Shown: positions 26,571-35,435, counted from the first letter of the stretch. The stretch is 64,000 nucleotides of DNA from Alphaproteobacteria bacterium (GCA_033763775.1 JANRJW010000014.1:89037-153036), one strand, 5' to 3'. Program-made: numbers and translations. The notes: generated by a model not told the origin, from the letters alone.

Positions 26571-28100
26571 TCAGGCAAACCTTTTCGCAATCTGCATGAT
26601 GACTGTTTTCAGACGATCTTCGATGGCATCATCCAGCTTCTGACTTTTTTCAATGTCGCTGATGATGTCTTTGCTCGCACCGCGCAGCTCAGCCAGCAGC
26701 GCCTGCTCGAACTTGCCCACTTCTTTGGTTGGGATGCCATCCAGATAGCCTTTCACACCGGCATAAATCACGCAGACCTGCTCAGGCGTGGAAAGCGGCG
26801 AGTATTGCGGCTGTTTGAGCAGCTCGGTGAGGCGCTGGCCGCGCGCGAGCAGCTTCTGCGTTGCGGCGTCAAGGTCGGAGCCGAACTGGGCGAAGGCTTC
26901 CATCTCGCGGTACTGCGCGAGCTCAAGCTTGATCGAACCTGCCACCTGCTTCATCGCCTTAATCTGCGCGGCAGAACCCACGCGCGATACCGACAGACCC
27001 ACGTTCACCGCCGGACGCACGCCTTTGTAGAACAGGTCGGTCTCAAGGAAGATCTGGCCGTCGGTGATCGAGATCACGTTGGTGGGAATATAGGCCGAAA
27101 CGTCACCCGCCTGGGTTTCAATCACCGGCAGGGCGGTGAGGCTGCCCGCCTTCATATCATCCGACATTTTGGCGGCGCGCTCAAGCAGGCGCGAGTGAAT
27201 GTAGAACACGTCGCCCGGGTAAGCTTCGCGTCCCGGCGGACGGCGCAGCAGCAGCGACATCTGGCGATACGCCACCGCTTGCTTGGAAAGATCATCATAA
27301 ATGATCAGCGCATGCATGCCGTTATCGCGGAAATATTCACCCATCGCACAGCCCGTGTAAGGCGCGAGGAATTGCAGCGGCGCTGGCTCAGAGGCGGTCG
27401 CAGCCACCACGATCGAGTACTGCATCGCGCCTTGCTCTTCGAGCTTTTTCACCACCTGCGCTACCGTCGAGCGCTTCTGGCCGATACAGACATAAATACA
27501 ATAGAGTTTCTTGCTTTCGTCGGAGCCAGCGTTGGCCGCTTTCTGGTTAAGGATCGTATCAATCGCAATCGCGGTTTTGCCGGTCTGGCGATCGCCGATG
27601 ATGAGCTCCCTCTGGCCACGGCCAATCGGAATCAGCGAATCAATCGCCTTGATACCAGTCGACATCGGCTCATGCACCGATTTACGCGCGATAATGCCCG
27701 GCGCTTTCACTTCCACACGCGCACGGGTGACATCTTTCAGGGGGCCTTTGCCATCAATCGGATTACCGAGCGCATCCACCACGCGGCCAAGCAGACCCTT
27801 GCCCACCGGGCAGTCCACAATCGCGCCGGTACGCTTCACCGTGTCGCCTTCTTTTACCTGACGATCATCACCGAAAATCACCACGCCGACATTGTCAGAC
27901 GCAAGGTTCAGCGCCATACCTTTCAGACCACCCGCAAACTCCACCATCTCGCCGGCCTGCACATTTTCAAGGCCGTAGATGGTGGCGATACCGTCACCCA
28001 CCGAGACCACCTGGCCGGTTTCCGACAGCTCTGCCTGCGGGCTGAATGATAAAATCTGCGCCTTGAGGATGTTTGAAATTTCCGATGCCTTGATATCCAT
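26571..28100 (-). CDS. atpA: F1 ATP synthase alpha subunit
   Basis: 509 aa. [15 protein letters not shown] Walker A; conserved throughout. Confidence 0.98.
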   Translation of the reverse strand: MDIKASEISNILKAQILSFSPQAELSETGQVVSVGDGIATIYGLENVQAGEMVEFAGGLKGMALNLASDNVGVVIFGDDRQVKEGDTVKRTGAIVDCPVGKGLLGRVVDALGNPIDGKGPLKDVTRARVEVKAPGIIARKSVHEPMSTGIKAIDSLIPIGRGQRELIIGDRQTGKTAIAIDTILNQKAANAGSDESKKLYCIYVCIGQKRSTVAQVVKKLEEQGAMQYSIVVAATASEPAPLQFLAPYTGCAMGEYFRDNGMHALIIYDDLSKQAVAYRQMSLLLRRPPGREAYPGDVFYIHSRLLERAAKMSDDMKAGSLTALPVIETQAGDVSAYIPTNVISITDGQIFLETDLFYKGVRPAVNVGLSVSRVGSAAQIKAMKQVAGSIKLELAQYREMEAFAQFGSDLDAATQKLLARGQRLTELLKQPQYSPLSTPEQVCVIYAGVKGYLDGIPTKEVGKFEQALLAELRGASKDIISDIEKSQKLDDAIEDRLKTVIMQIAKRFA

Positions 28101-28141
28101 GTGTTTACCGCTCCTTATGGCTACTTAATTTCTCGTGTTAT

Positions 28142-28222
28142 GTTGCGTAGGTTTCGTATGTTGCGCAGGTTGCGAATGATTTAAACCTACGAAACATTCG
28201 AAACATGCGAAACCTACGCAAC
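28142..28222. repeat. Heptamer-arm palindrome in the atpH-atpA gap
   Basis: gttgcgtaggtttcgtatgttgcgcaggttgcgaatg / cctacgaaacattcgaaacatgcgaaacctacgcaac. The right arm supplies the last two codons and the stop of atpH. Confidence 0.85.
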
Positions 28223-28768
28223 CCTCTTCAATTCCTGTTCCAGCCTTGCCAGCTTGCCTGCGATCGATCCATCGAACTGCTGGCTGCCGATTCTAACCAC
28301 CATGCCGCCAAGCAGGCTGCTATCCACGCTGGCTGATAAATTGATTTTTTTACCCACCATCTTGCCCAGCGACTCGCCAATTTTAGCAAGCTCCGCCGGC
28401 GGCAGGATCTGGGCGCTGATGACCTCAGCCGCCACTTCCCCGCGCGACGCCGCCACGCGCGATGCAAACTGACGGGCGATTTCCGGCAGCGCGCCAAGGC
28501 GGCGGCCATGTGCCAGCACACGCACCAGTTTCTGGGTGATCTCATGCGCGCCAATCTTGGAAAGTGCCGCCTGCAGCGCGCGCTCGGCTTGCTCACGCGT
28601 CATCAGCGGACTGACGAGAAGACGCGATAGCTCGGCATCTTCTTCCACCGCCCGCATGAGTCGGCCAAGGTCTTTTTCAACCGCCGCCAGCACGCCAGCA
28701 GCATCCGCCACCCCGAACAACGCGGTCACATAACGCTCGGCAAGCCTTAGAAATCCTGAGTTTTTCAT
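28214..28768 (-). CDS. atpH: F1 ATP synthase delta subunit (OSCP)
   Basis: 184 aa. RYVTALFGVA N-terminus, GGMVVRIGSQQFDGSIAGKL C-terminal motif. First gene of the F1 operon. Confidence 0.85.
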   Translation of the reverse strand: MKNSGFLRLAERYVTALFGVADAAGVLAAVEKDLGRLMRAVEEDAELSRLLVSPLMTREQAERALQAALSKIGAHEITQKLVRVLAHGRRLGALPEIARQFASRVAASRGEVAAEVISAQILPPAELAKIGESLGKMVGKKINLSASVDSSLLGGMVVRIGSQQFDGSIAGKLARLEQELKRVA

Positions 28769-28853
28769 CGAAAAATGCGTGCTAAAATGGTTTTGGGTGC
28801 CGCAAATTAGGAAACTTTATCCACAGATGCAACAGGAAAGTGGCAGGCGCGAA

Positions 28854-29795
28854 CTAGAATGGCGCCTTGACCATCATCGTGCAGGCAGAATAGACATGAA
28901 CTGAGTCCGGATCATAGCCTTGCGTATTTTGCACATTATAACGCGCGGGGATTTCATCCGTAAGGCAATAGCGCGAATTAGGTCCGGGTGAGCCAAAATA
29001 ATCTGGTATATTGCTAGAAAAATACGGCATATACCAGCTCAAGACCTCCCAGTTATTATACGAGGCGGCGCGCGCAATGCCGCTGAGCGGCATACCATCA
29101 TCGATTTTGCTGTCAAACGCATAGGCCTGCGGCGCGGTAAGCACCGTTATAACCCCGCTATCCGGTATGTCGGCAGAAAGCAGATAATAATGCCCGACAT
29201 CGGGTAAATACCCAACCCCGCCTATCTCCAGGTCATTCACATCATAATAGCTGAGGCTCCACATGGCAGGAGAGCCGTTAAACGATCCGCCATAGACCGA
29301 TGGAAAATAAACCCTGCCTTGATTAGGCGTGCTAGAATGGTAAACTTTTAACCCCTGAATCAGCCCGGCCTCCTGCATCCACCACAATGCGTGCTGCACC
29401 TCATGGGCGCCAACCGCACCGCCTGGCAGCGCTGTATTAAAGGCTGTGTGATTATGAATGATACTATTACCGTCGCCATCATATGCGCCGCCAGCCGTGA
29501 TGGCTGTGCCGGCAGGCGAAAACTGCGTGAAACCATAGCGGGCGGCATTGGCACAATCACCGGGCAGGCAGCGATATTTGGACTGAAATGCATGCACCGC
29601 GCTATTGAGCTCTTCAATTTCACCCACGGCCTTGCGAGTGACCCCCGCCTCCATGAGCGCATTGCCAGCCACCACACCACCCAACAACAACCCAATGACC
29701 AGCAACACAATCGACACTTCAACCAGCGTGAAACCACGCTTGGCGCTAGCGAGCGCCGTTCTGGCAGGTGTTGATGTGGTTCTGGTGGGTAGCAT
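28854..29795 (-). CDS. type IV pilin / pseudopilin-like protein with prepilin N-terminal methylation motif
   Basis: ...SAKRG/FTLVEVSIVLLVIGLLLGG (class III signal, Glu5) followed by an approximately 280-aa domain of no recognised family. Start placed at the ATG at 29795. Confidence 0.7.
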   Translation of the reverse strand: MLPTRTTSTPARTALASAKRGFTLVEVSIVLLVIGLLLGGVVAGNALMEAGVTRKAVGEIEELNSAVHAFQSKYRCLPGDCANAARYGFTQFSPAGTAITAGGAYDGDGNSIIHNHTAFNTALPGGAVGAHEVQHALWWMQEAGLIQGLKVYHSSTPNQGRVYFPSVYGGSFNGSPAMWSLSYYDVNDLEIGGVGYLPDVGHYYLLSADIPDSGVITVLTAPQAYAFDSKIDDGMPLSGIARAASYNNWEVLSWYMPYFSSNIPDYFGSPGPNSRYCLTDEIPARYNVQNTQGYDPDSVHVYSACTMMVKAPF

Positions 29796-29863
29796 GCAAT
29801 AAAGGTTCAGGCGTGTTGCTTTTTCTATATAACGAGAAAAAGAATAAATGATTAACAAGCCGC

Positions 29864-31987
29864 CTACAAAAACCCCACCGGATCGATATCTATCTTAATA
29901 CGCACGGAAGAGGGCGGTTTTACCGATTCCAACCAGCCGCTCATCAGCTCCGGCAGATTCACCTTGCGATCCGCGCGCACGAGAAGGCGCCAGCGATAGA
30001 GGCCGCGCAGGCGATAAAGCGGAGCAGGGGCGGGGCCTAGTAGGCGGATGACGGATGACGGATGACGGATGACAGGAAAACTAGCCGCAAGCTGCTTGGC
30101 TGTTTTGATGACCGCATCTTCTTTGCTGCCTTCCACAATTACGGCGGCAAGGCGAGCAAAAGGCGGCATCTTCGCGCTTTCGCGGGCGGCAAGTTCGGCC
30201 GCCACAAACTGATCGCGATCATTTGACGCCAGCGCCTGCATGACCGGATGATCCGGCTGGTAGCTCTGCAGATAGACCACGCCCGGGATTTGCTCACGCC
30301 CAGCGCGGCCAGACAGCTGGTGAAGCAGCTGATAGGTTTTTTCCGCCGCGCGCAGATCGCCGCCGCCAAGGCCTAAATCGCCATCCACCACCCCCACCAC
30401 CGAAAGCCCGCCAAAATGATGCCCCTTGGCGATCATCTGCGTGCCAATCAGCAGGTCGAGTTTTTTTTGTTCCATATCCGAAATAATTTGCGCCGCTTCC
30501 TTATTACCCGTCAGCTGGTCACTCGCCATCACCGCGATGCGGGCTGTTGGAAACAGCGCGCGCGCCTCCTCTTCAATGCGCTCCACACCGGGGCCACACG
30601 CCGCCAGCGACTCTTTCTCACCGCACGCCGGACAGACGGGTGGCAGCGGCTCGCGGTGGTGGCAGTGGTGACATTGGAGGAAGGGCTTTGGGCTTTGGGC
30701 TTTGGGCTCTGGTAAAGCAAAATCTCCCTGAAGCCTGGAGCCTGAAGCCTGAAGCCCATGCAACACCAGCCAGCTTGAACACTCCGCGCACTCAAAGCGG
30801 TGGCCGCAATGGCGACATAGCACCAACGGCGCATAGCCGCGCCGGTTGAGGAAAAGGAGCGCCTGCTCGCCGCGCGCGATGGCACTCGCCACTGCATCGC
30901 GCAGCTTTGGTGAAATGAACTGCGTGGCCGGCATTTTCTCGAGCCGCATATCGATCAGCTGCGTGGTGGGCAGGCAGGCGCCGCCGTGGCGCGCGGGCAG
31001 GCGCAGCTCGGCATATTTTCCTTGCTGGGCATTCAATACACTCTCCAGCGAAGGCGTGGCTGAGGCCAGTACCACCGGTATTTTTTCAAACCGCGCCCGC
31101 GAAACCGCCATATCGCGCGCATGGTAAATCACCTGGTCTTCCTGCTTGTAGGCCTGGTCGTGCTCTTCATCCACCACGATCAGCTTCAGGTTTCGGTAGG
31201 GAAGAAACAACGCTGAGCGCGCGCCCACCACCACCGGCGCAGCGCCGCTGGCAATCGCTTTCCACGCCTCACGTTTTTGTGCAGGCGTGACATGCGAATG
31301 CCATACCAGCGGGCGAAAGCCAAAGCGCGCTTCAAACCGCGCCATCCACTGCACGGAAAGAGCGATTTCGGGAAGGAGAATGAGAATTTGTGAGTGACGA
31401 GTGGCAAGTGGTGAGTGGTGAGTAATAGTATCTTTTTCTTTCTCGCCACTCGCCACTTGCCACTCGCCACTCAGCGCCTGCGCGATCGCCTCAAAATACA
31501 CCTCCGTCTTGCCTGAGCCAGTAACGCCATCGAGCAGCGTGACGGAAAAACCAGCTGCTAGTTTTTGGATGAGCGCATCCGCCGCCGCACGCTGGGCAGG
31601 CGAGAGCGTGGCAAGTTGGTAAGAATGGGATTGGGGATTCGATGCATTCTTTTTTCTTCCCCTAACCCCTAATCCCAAATCCCTAATCCCTAGCGGCAGC
31701 GCCATTTTCAGCATCAGGCCGGCCGGCGCACAATTATACCACGCCGCCCATTTTATAAATTCAATGAAATGCGGAGCAAAAGATGGCGCATCCAGCTTCT
31801 CGATCACCGCTTTTAGTTTCGCCTGCGGAATGTTTGCCGTGCCCGCACCCAGCACCAGACCAAGCGACGAGGCGCGCCCAAACGGCACACGAACGAGATC
31901 GCCACGTTCAAGCGCCATCCCATCTGGCACTACGTAGTCAAACCCGTGCGCCACGCCGGTAGGAAGTAGCACCTCAACTTGTTTCAT
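29864..31987 (-). CDS. priA: primosomal replication-restart helicase PriA
   Basis: [14 protein letters not shown] Walker A, DEEHD, Cys-rich zinc region [14 protein letters not shown]...CHHCHH...CPACG. Confidence 0.9.
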   Translation of the reverse strand: MKQVEVLLPTGVAHGFDYVVPDGMALERGDLVRVPFGRASSLGLVLGAGTANIPQAKLKAVIEKLDAPSFAPHFIEFIKWAAWYNCAPAGLMLKMALPLGIRDLGLGVRGRKKNASNPQSHSYQLATLSPAQRAAADALIQKLAAGFSVTLLDGVTGSGKTEVYFEAIAQALSGEWQVASGEKEKDTITHHSPLATRHSQILILLPEIALSVQWMARFEARFGFRPLVWHSHVTPAQKREAWKAIASGAAPVVVGARSALFLPYRNLKLIVVDEEHDQAYKQEDQVIYHARDMAVSRARFEKIPVVLASATPSLESVLNAQQGKYAELRLPARHGGACLPTTQLIDMRLEKMPATQFISPKLRDAVASAIARGEQALLFLNRRGYAPLVLCRHCGHRFECAECSSWLVLHGLQASGSRLQGDFALPEPKAQSPKPFLQCHHCHHREPLPPVCPACGEKESLAACGPGVERIEEEARALFPTARIAVMASDQLTGNKEAAQIISDMEQKKLDLLIGTQMIAKGHHFGGLSVVGVVDGDLGLGGGDLRAAEKTYQLLHQLSGRAGREQIPGVVYLQSYQPDHPVMQALASNDRDQFVAAELAARESAKMPPFARLAAVIVEGSKEDAVIKTAKQLAASFPVIRHPSSVIRLLGPAPAPLYRLRGLYRWRLLVRADRKVNLPELMSGWLESVKPPSSVRIKIDIDPVGFL
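30046..30073. repeat. Four perfect tandem heptamers (ggatgac x4) inside priA
   Basis: Direct reading. The complement gtcatcc equals the Family-A terminus. Read as IRHPSSVIR. Confidence 0.9.
30683..30757. repeat. Heptamer-arm palindrome, about 75 bp, inside the priA zinc-finger region
   Basis: gggcttt x3 plus gggctct, spacer, then gaagcct/ggagcct/gaagcct/gaagccc. Read as [25 protein letters not shown] between the two Cys clusters. Confidence 0.8.
31390..31472. repeat. Heptamer-arm palindrome (GTGAGTG type) in frame inside priA
   Basis: gtgagtgacgagtggcaagtggtgagtggtgagt / ctcgccactcgccacttgccactcgccactc. Read as [25 protein letters not shown]. Confidence 0.85.
31622..31693. repeat. Heptamer-arm palindrome (TTAGGGG/ATTGGGG type), about 72 bp, inside priA
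   Basis: aatgggattggggattcgatgcatt / cccctaacccctaatcccaaatccctaatccctag. Read as [24 protein letters not shown]. Confidence 0.8.
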
Positions 31988-32049
31988 ATTGCCAAGCGCC
32001 CCAGAATTATTCTATCGTGACGCTATCTTTAACTGATGGAATCGCTTTT

Positions 32050-32706
32050 ATGAAATTCTTTGTCGATACCGCCGATATTGCTGAAATCCGTGATCTCGCC
32101 GCCACCGGCCTGCTCGACGGCGTGACCACTAACCCAACACTTGTGGCCAAATCCGGCCGCGATTTTTTCGAGGTGCTGAAAGATATTTGCGCGGTGGTGA
32201 CCGGGCCGGTCTCCGCCGAAGTGACCGCCACCGACACGGACGGCATGATCAAAGAAGGCGAAAAGCTTGCGCGCATCGCCGACAACATCACCATCAAACT
32301 GCCGATGACCTGGGATGGGCTGAAAGCATGCCGCCATTTTTCGAGCAAGAACATCATGACCAACGTCACGCTGTGCTTCTCCGCGCCGCAGGCGCTGCTC
32401 GCCGCCAAGGCCGGCGCAACCTTTGTGTCGCCGTTTGTCGGCAGACTGGATGATATCGGCGAGGTGGGCATGAAGCTGATCGAGGATATCTGCACCATCT
32501 ACAAGCAGTATGATGCGTTGGAAACGCAGGTCTTGGTTGCAAGCGTGCGAAACCTGCAGCACATCACCGACGCCGCGAAACTGGGCGCGCATGTGGCGAC
32601 CATCCCACCAAAAGTGCTGCGCGACATGATTCACCACCCGCTGACCGACAAGGGACTCGCCACCTTCCTTGAGGATTGGAAGAAAACAGGGCAGAAAATT
32701 GCTTAA
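32050..32706 (+). CDS. tal: transaldolase, short type 3B (fructose-6-phosphate aldolase-like fold)
   Basis: [36 protein letters not shown]...KLPMTWDGL...[11 protein letters not shown]. Confidence 0.85.
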   Translation: MKFFVDTADIAEIRDLAATGLLDGVTTNPTLVAKSGRDFFEVLKDICAVVTGPVSAEVTATDTDGMIKEGEKLARIADNITIKLPMTWDGLKACRHFSSKNIMTNVTLCFSAPQALLAAKAGATFVSPFVGRLDDIGEVGMKLIEDICTIYKQYDALETQVLVASVRNLQHITDAAKLGAHVATIPPKVLRDMIHHPLTDKGLATFLEDWKKTGQKIA

Positions 32707-32708
32707 TT

Positions 32709-32772
32709 GTCATCCCGACTAAGCGGAGCGCATAGAGGGATCCTAAGATCCCTCGACGACGCTCGGGATGAC
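32709..32772. repeat. Family-A element (64 bp), intergenic
   Basis: gtcatcccga...gagggatc-ctaa-gatccctc...tcgggatgac; nested palindrome with inverted termini. Confidence 0.9.
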
Positions 32773-32788
32773 AGAATGCAGGAAATAG

Positions 32789-33520
32789 ATGAGTGCAAAA
32801 CCAACCATCCAAAACGCCCTCACCGAAGCCGATATCCGCGCCTACCTTAAGGCGCACCCACAATTCCTGCGCAACAACCCCGATATCCTGACTGATATCG
32901 CCTCACCATCGCGCGATCTCGGCGGCGGGGTGATTGATTTTCAGCAGTTCATGGTGAAAAACCTGCAATCCACCAGCCGCGATTTGCAAAGCAAATATGA
33001 CCTCCTCGTCGAATATTGCCGCGACAATCTTTCCTCGCAGCAGCAGGTGCATGAGGCCGCGCTGAAACTGGTGCGCGCCAAGAGCATCGAACAGCTGCTG
33101 GAAATCATTGCGCTGGATCTTGTCAGTTTGTTTGGTGTCGATGTGGTGCGCCTCGCCATGGAGTCCGATATTCAGGTGGACACCTCCTACGGCGAAAGCG
33201 ATTTTTCCGGCATCGTCTTCATCGCCCCCGGCACCTGTGACGCCGCGCTGGGCAAAGGTAAGCGCGTGAAACTGGTGGCAGATAGCACGCGCCATCCACC
33301 CGCCGGCTTTGATGAGATTTTTGCTGAATGTGACACGATGATCGAAAGCTGCGCGCTGCTGCGTCTCGATATGGACAGCATCGACCGGCAGGTCATGCTG
33401 GCATTTGGTGTGCGCAGCAAAGAGCGCTTCCACCCCGGCCAAGGCATTGAACTGCTGAATTTTCTTGCGCAGGTAGTGGCGCATCAGCTGGATCGCTACT
33501 TGGACGAAATGACCGTATGA
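32789..33520 (+). CDS. DUF484-family protein
   Basis: LTEADIRAYLKAHPQFLRNNPDIL N-terminus. Sits directly upstream of xerC and overlaps it (ATGA). Confidence 0.75.
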   Translation: MSAKPTIQNALTEADIRAYLKAHPQFLRNNPDILTDIASPSRDLGGGVIDFQQFMVKNLQSTSRDLQSKYDLLVEYCRDNLSSQQQVHEAALKLVRAKSIEQLLEIIALDLVSLFGVDVVRLAMESDIQVDTSYGESDFSGIVFIAPGTCDAALGKGKRVKLVADSTRHPPAGFDEIFAECDTMIESCALLRLDMDSIDRQVMLAFGVRSKERFHPGQGIELLNFLAQVVAHQLDRYLDEMTV

Positions 33521-34422
33521 CCAGCGCTGGCGCGCCGCTTGTAAGCGCGTGGCTGGATTGGATGGCCAGCACCAAACGCGCCTCGCGCCACACCTTGATT
33601 TCCTACCGCCACGACCTTGAGAATTTTCTGGGTTTTCTGCAGCAGCATCTTGGCGGCGCCGCAGGTAAAAAACAGCTGGCCGCGCTCGAACTGCGTGATT
33701 TCCGCGCCTGGCTCGCGGCGCGCAGCCACGACTACGACCCGGCCTCCACCGCGCGCGCGCTGTCTGCGGTCAAAAGTTTTTATCGCTGGCTGGAGCAGCA
33801 GGGGCACGGCAAAAACAGCGCCATCTTCCACATGCGCAGCCCGAAGATCGGCCGCGCGCTGCCCAAGGCGCTGGCGGTAGATCAGGCGCAGCATGCTGTC
33901 GTTGGGATTGAAAGCGCCGATGGCGAAGCGTGGATTAATGCGCGCAACCTCGCGCTGCTGCTACTCATTTATGGCTGCGGCCTGCGCATCAGCGAGGCGC
34001 TTTCGGTGAAGCGCTCAGACGCCGGGCAGACGATGTTAAGGCTGGTGGGTAAGGGCAACAAGGAGCGGCAGGTGCCAGTGCTGCCGGTCGTTACGCAGGC
34101 CATTGAGAGCTATCTGGCGCTCTGCCCGCATCATGGCGCGGCGGATACGGCGCTGTTTGTGGGTAAGGAAGGAAAGCCCTTAAATCCCGGCGTATTCCAG
34201 CGCACACTGCGCCAGCTGCGCCGTCAGCTCGGCCTGCCCGAATCCACCACGCCGCACGCCTTCCGCCACAGCTTTGCCACCCACCTGCTTTCTGCCGGCG
34301 GCGATTTGCGCTCCATTCAGGAGCTGCTCGGCCATGCGAGCCTGTCCACCACCCAGCGCTACACCCATGTCGACCGCCAGCGGCTGATGAACGCCTACCA
34401 AAACGCCCACCCACGAGCTTGA
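33517..34422 (+). CDS. xerC: tyrosine site-specific recombinase XerC
   Basis: 301 aa. ...RISEAL...HAFRHSFATHLL...LLGHASLSTTQRYTHV catalytic R-H-R-Y pattern. Confidence 0.85.
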   Translation: MTSAGAPLVSAWLDWMASTKRASRHTLISYRHDLENFLGFLQQHLGGAAGKKQLAALELRDFRAWLAARSHDYDPASTARALSAVKSFYRWLEQQGHGKNSAIFHMRSPKIGRALPKALAVDQAQHAVVGIESADGEAWINARNLALLLLIYGCGLRISEALSVKRSDAGQTMLRLVGKGNKERQVPVLPVVTQAIESYLALCPHHGAADTALFVGKEGKPLNPGVFQRTLRQLRRQLGLPESTTPHAFRHSFATHLLSAGGDLRSIQELLGHASLSTTQRYTHVDRQRLMNAYQNAHPRA

Positions 34423-34463
34423 AGCATGACGAATATGCCCTACATTAAGCTAAACCACAGGAG

Positions 34464-35162
34464 ATGATGATGCGCCTAGCTGCCCTGATGATTGCTGCGA
34501 TGATCTCGCTTTCTGCCGCCAGCCATGCTGAGTATGCGGCTAAACCGTTCAGCCTGCCACCACTGCCTTATGGCTACGAGGCGCTCGAGCCGGTGATTGG
34601 CGCCGAAACCATGCGCCTGCACCATACCCGCCACCATCAGGCGCAGGTGGATAATCTCAATGCGCAGCTTGCTAATTTCCCTGAGCTGGCGAATATGAGT
34701 GTGGAGCAGATTCTAGCAAAAGTTTCCAGCTACCCGCCAGCGGTGCGCAATAATGCGGGCGGCCACTGGAATCATAGCTTCTTCTGGCAGATCATGGCGC
34801 CAAAAGGAAAAGGCGGCGCGCCGAGCGAGGCGCTGAAACAAGCTGTGGATAAGCAATTTGGCAGCATGGACGGCCTGCGCGAGGCGTTTGACAAAGCCTC
34901 TGGCTCGCTGTTTGGCTCAGGCTGGGTATGGCTGGTGGTGAAAGAGGACGGCACGCTCGCCCTCACCACCACTCCCAACCAGGACAACCCGCTCATGGAT
35001 GTGGCCACCGTGCGCGGCGCGCCGATTCTCGGCAATGACCTGTGGGAACACGCTTTTTATCTCGGCTATCAGAACCGCCGCGCGGACTATATCAAGGCGT
35101 GGTGGGAGCTGGTGAACTGGCAGGAAGTCAGCCGCCGCTATGAAACGGCGTTAAAACGTTAG
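34464..35162 (+). CDS. Fe/Mn-family superoxide dismutase with N-terminal signal peptide
   Basis: MMMRLAALMIAAMISLSAASHA / EYAAKPFSLPPLPYGYEALEP...HHTRHHQ...DLWEHAFYL metal ligands. Confidence 0.85.
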   Translation: MMMRLAALMIAAMISLSAASHAEYAAKPFSLPPLPYGYEALEPVIGAETMRLHHTRHHQAQVDNLNAQLANFPELANMSVEQILAKVSSYPPAVRNNAGGHWNHSFFWQIMAPKGKGGAPSEALKQAVDKQFGSMDGLREAFDKASGSLFGSGWVWLVVKEDGTLALTTTPNQDNPLMDVATVRGAPILGNDLWEHAFYLGYQNRRADYIKAWWELVNWQEVSRRYETALKR

Positions 35163-35174
35163 GCGCATCAGTCG

Positions 35175-35385
35175 ATTCCCGCTTTCGCCGCAGCAACGGA
35201 TGGTGTATGAGGCGAACTAAGCACCCGTAGCTCAGCTGGATAGAGCGCCTGCCTCCGACCGTGTCCGCCGAAGCCTTGGCGAAGGCGGAAGGCAAAGGTC
35301 ATAAAGCGCCCAATTCCCGCTTTCGCCGCAGCAATGGATGGTGTATGAGGCGAACTAAGCACCCGTAGCTCAGCTGGATAGAGCG
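35175..35385 (+). repeat. Tandem duplication (two 73-nt copies, 138-nt period, 1 mismatch) covering the tRNA-Arg upstream leader and 5' part
   Basis: attcccgctttcgccgcagcaa(c/t)ggatggtgtatgaggcgaactaagcacccgtagctcagctggatagagcg occurs at 35175-35247 and 35313-35385. Confidence 0.9.
35221..35300 (+). pseudogene. tRNA-Arg fragment: acceptor 5' strand, D arm and anticodon arm interrupted by an approximately 30-nt hairpin; T arm and 3' acceptor missing
   Basis: gcacccgtagctcagctggatagagcg matches the intact tRNA. Next come cctgcctccga, the insert ccgtgtccgccgaagccttggcgaaggcgg, then aaggcaaaggtc, after which similarity ends. Confidence 0.7.
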
Positions 35386-35435
35386 TTGCCCTCCGAAGGC
35401 AAAGGTCGGACGTTCGAATCGTCTCGGGTGCGCCA
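35359..35435 (+). tRNA. tRNA-Arg (anticodon CCG), CCA encoded
   Basis: Manual cloverleaf: gcacccg/cgggtgc acceptor, gctc..gagc D stem, ttgcc-ctCCGaa-ggcaa anticodon arm, ggacg-ttcgaat-cgtct T arm; 77 nt. Confidence 0.9.

Noticed and set aside
26565-28049. 494-aa ORF on the plus strand, antisense to atpA
   Set aside because: It is Arg/His/Leu-rich and low in complexity, and it exactly mirrors the highly conserved atpA frame. This is a typical shadow ORF in GC-rich DNA.
30046-30757. Short tandem or inverted repeats considered as a possible CRISPR array
   Set aside because: The units are 7 nt and directly adjacent, with no 25-40 bp unique spacers, no constant 25-40 bp direct repeat, and no cas genes in the window.
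31659-31693. CCCTAA/TTAGGG-like units (also at 4387-4418 and 48797-48877) that resemble telomeric repeats
   Set aside because: The units are degenerate heptamers arranged as inverted arms, inside or next to bacterial genes, in the middle of a contiguous gene-dense segment. They belong to the heptamer-arm palindrome class and are not chromosome ends.
33517-34422. Tyrosine recombinase considered as the integrase of an island at the nearby tRNA
   Set aside because: It overlaps a DUF484 gene in the arrangement typical of housekeeping xerC and has XerC-like motifs. SOD lies between it and the tRNA, and no att-like repeats flank it.
35221-35300. Upstream tRNA-like copy considered as an intron-containing functional tRNA-Arg
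   Set aside because: After the approximately 30-nt insert only the 3' anticodon stem and variable loop follow. No T arm or complementary 3' acceptor strand is present, so it cannot fold into a cloverleaf.
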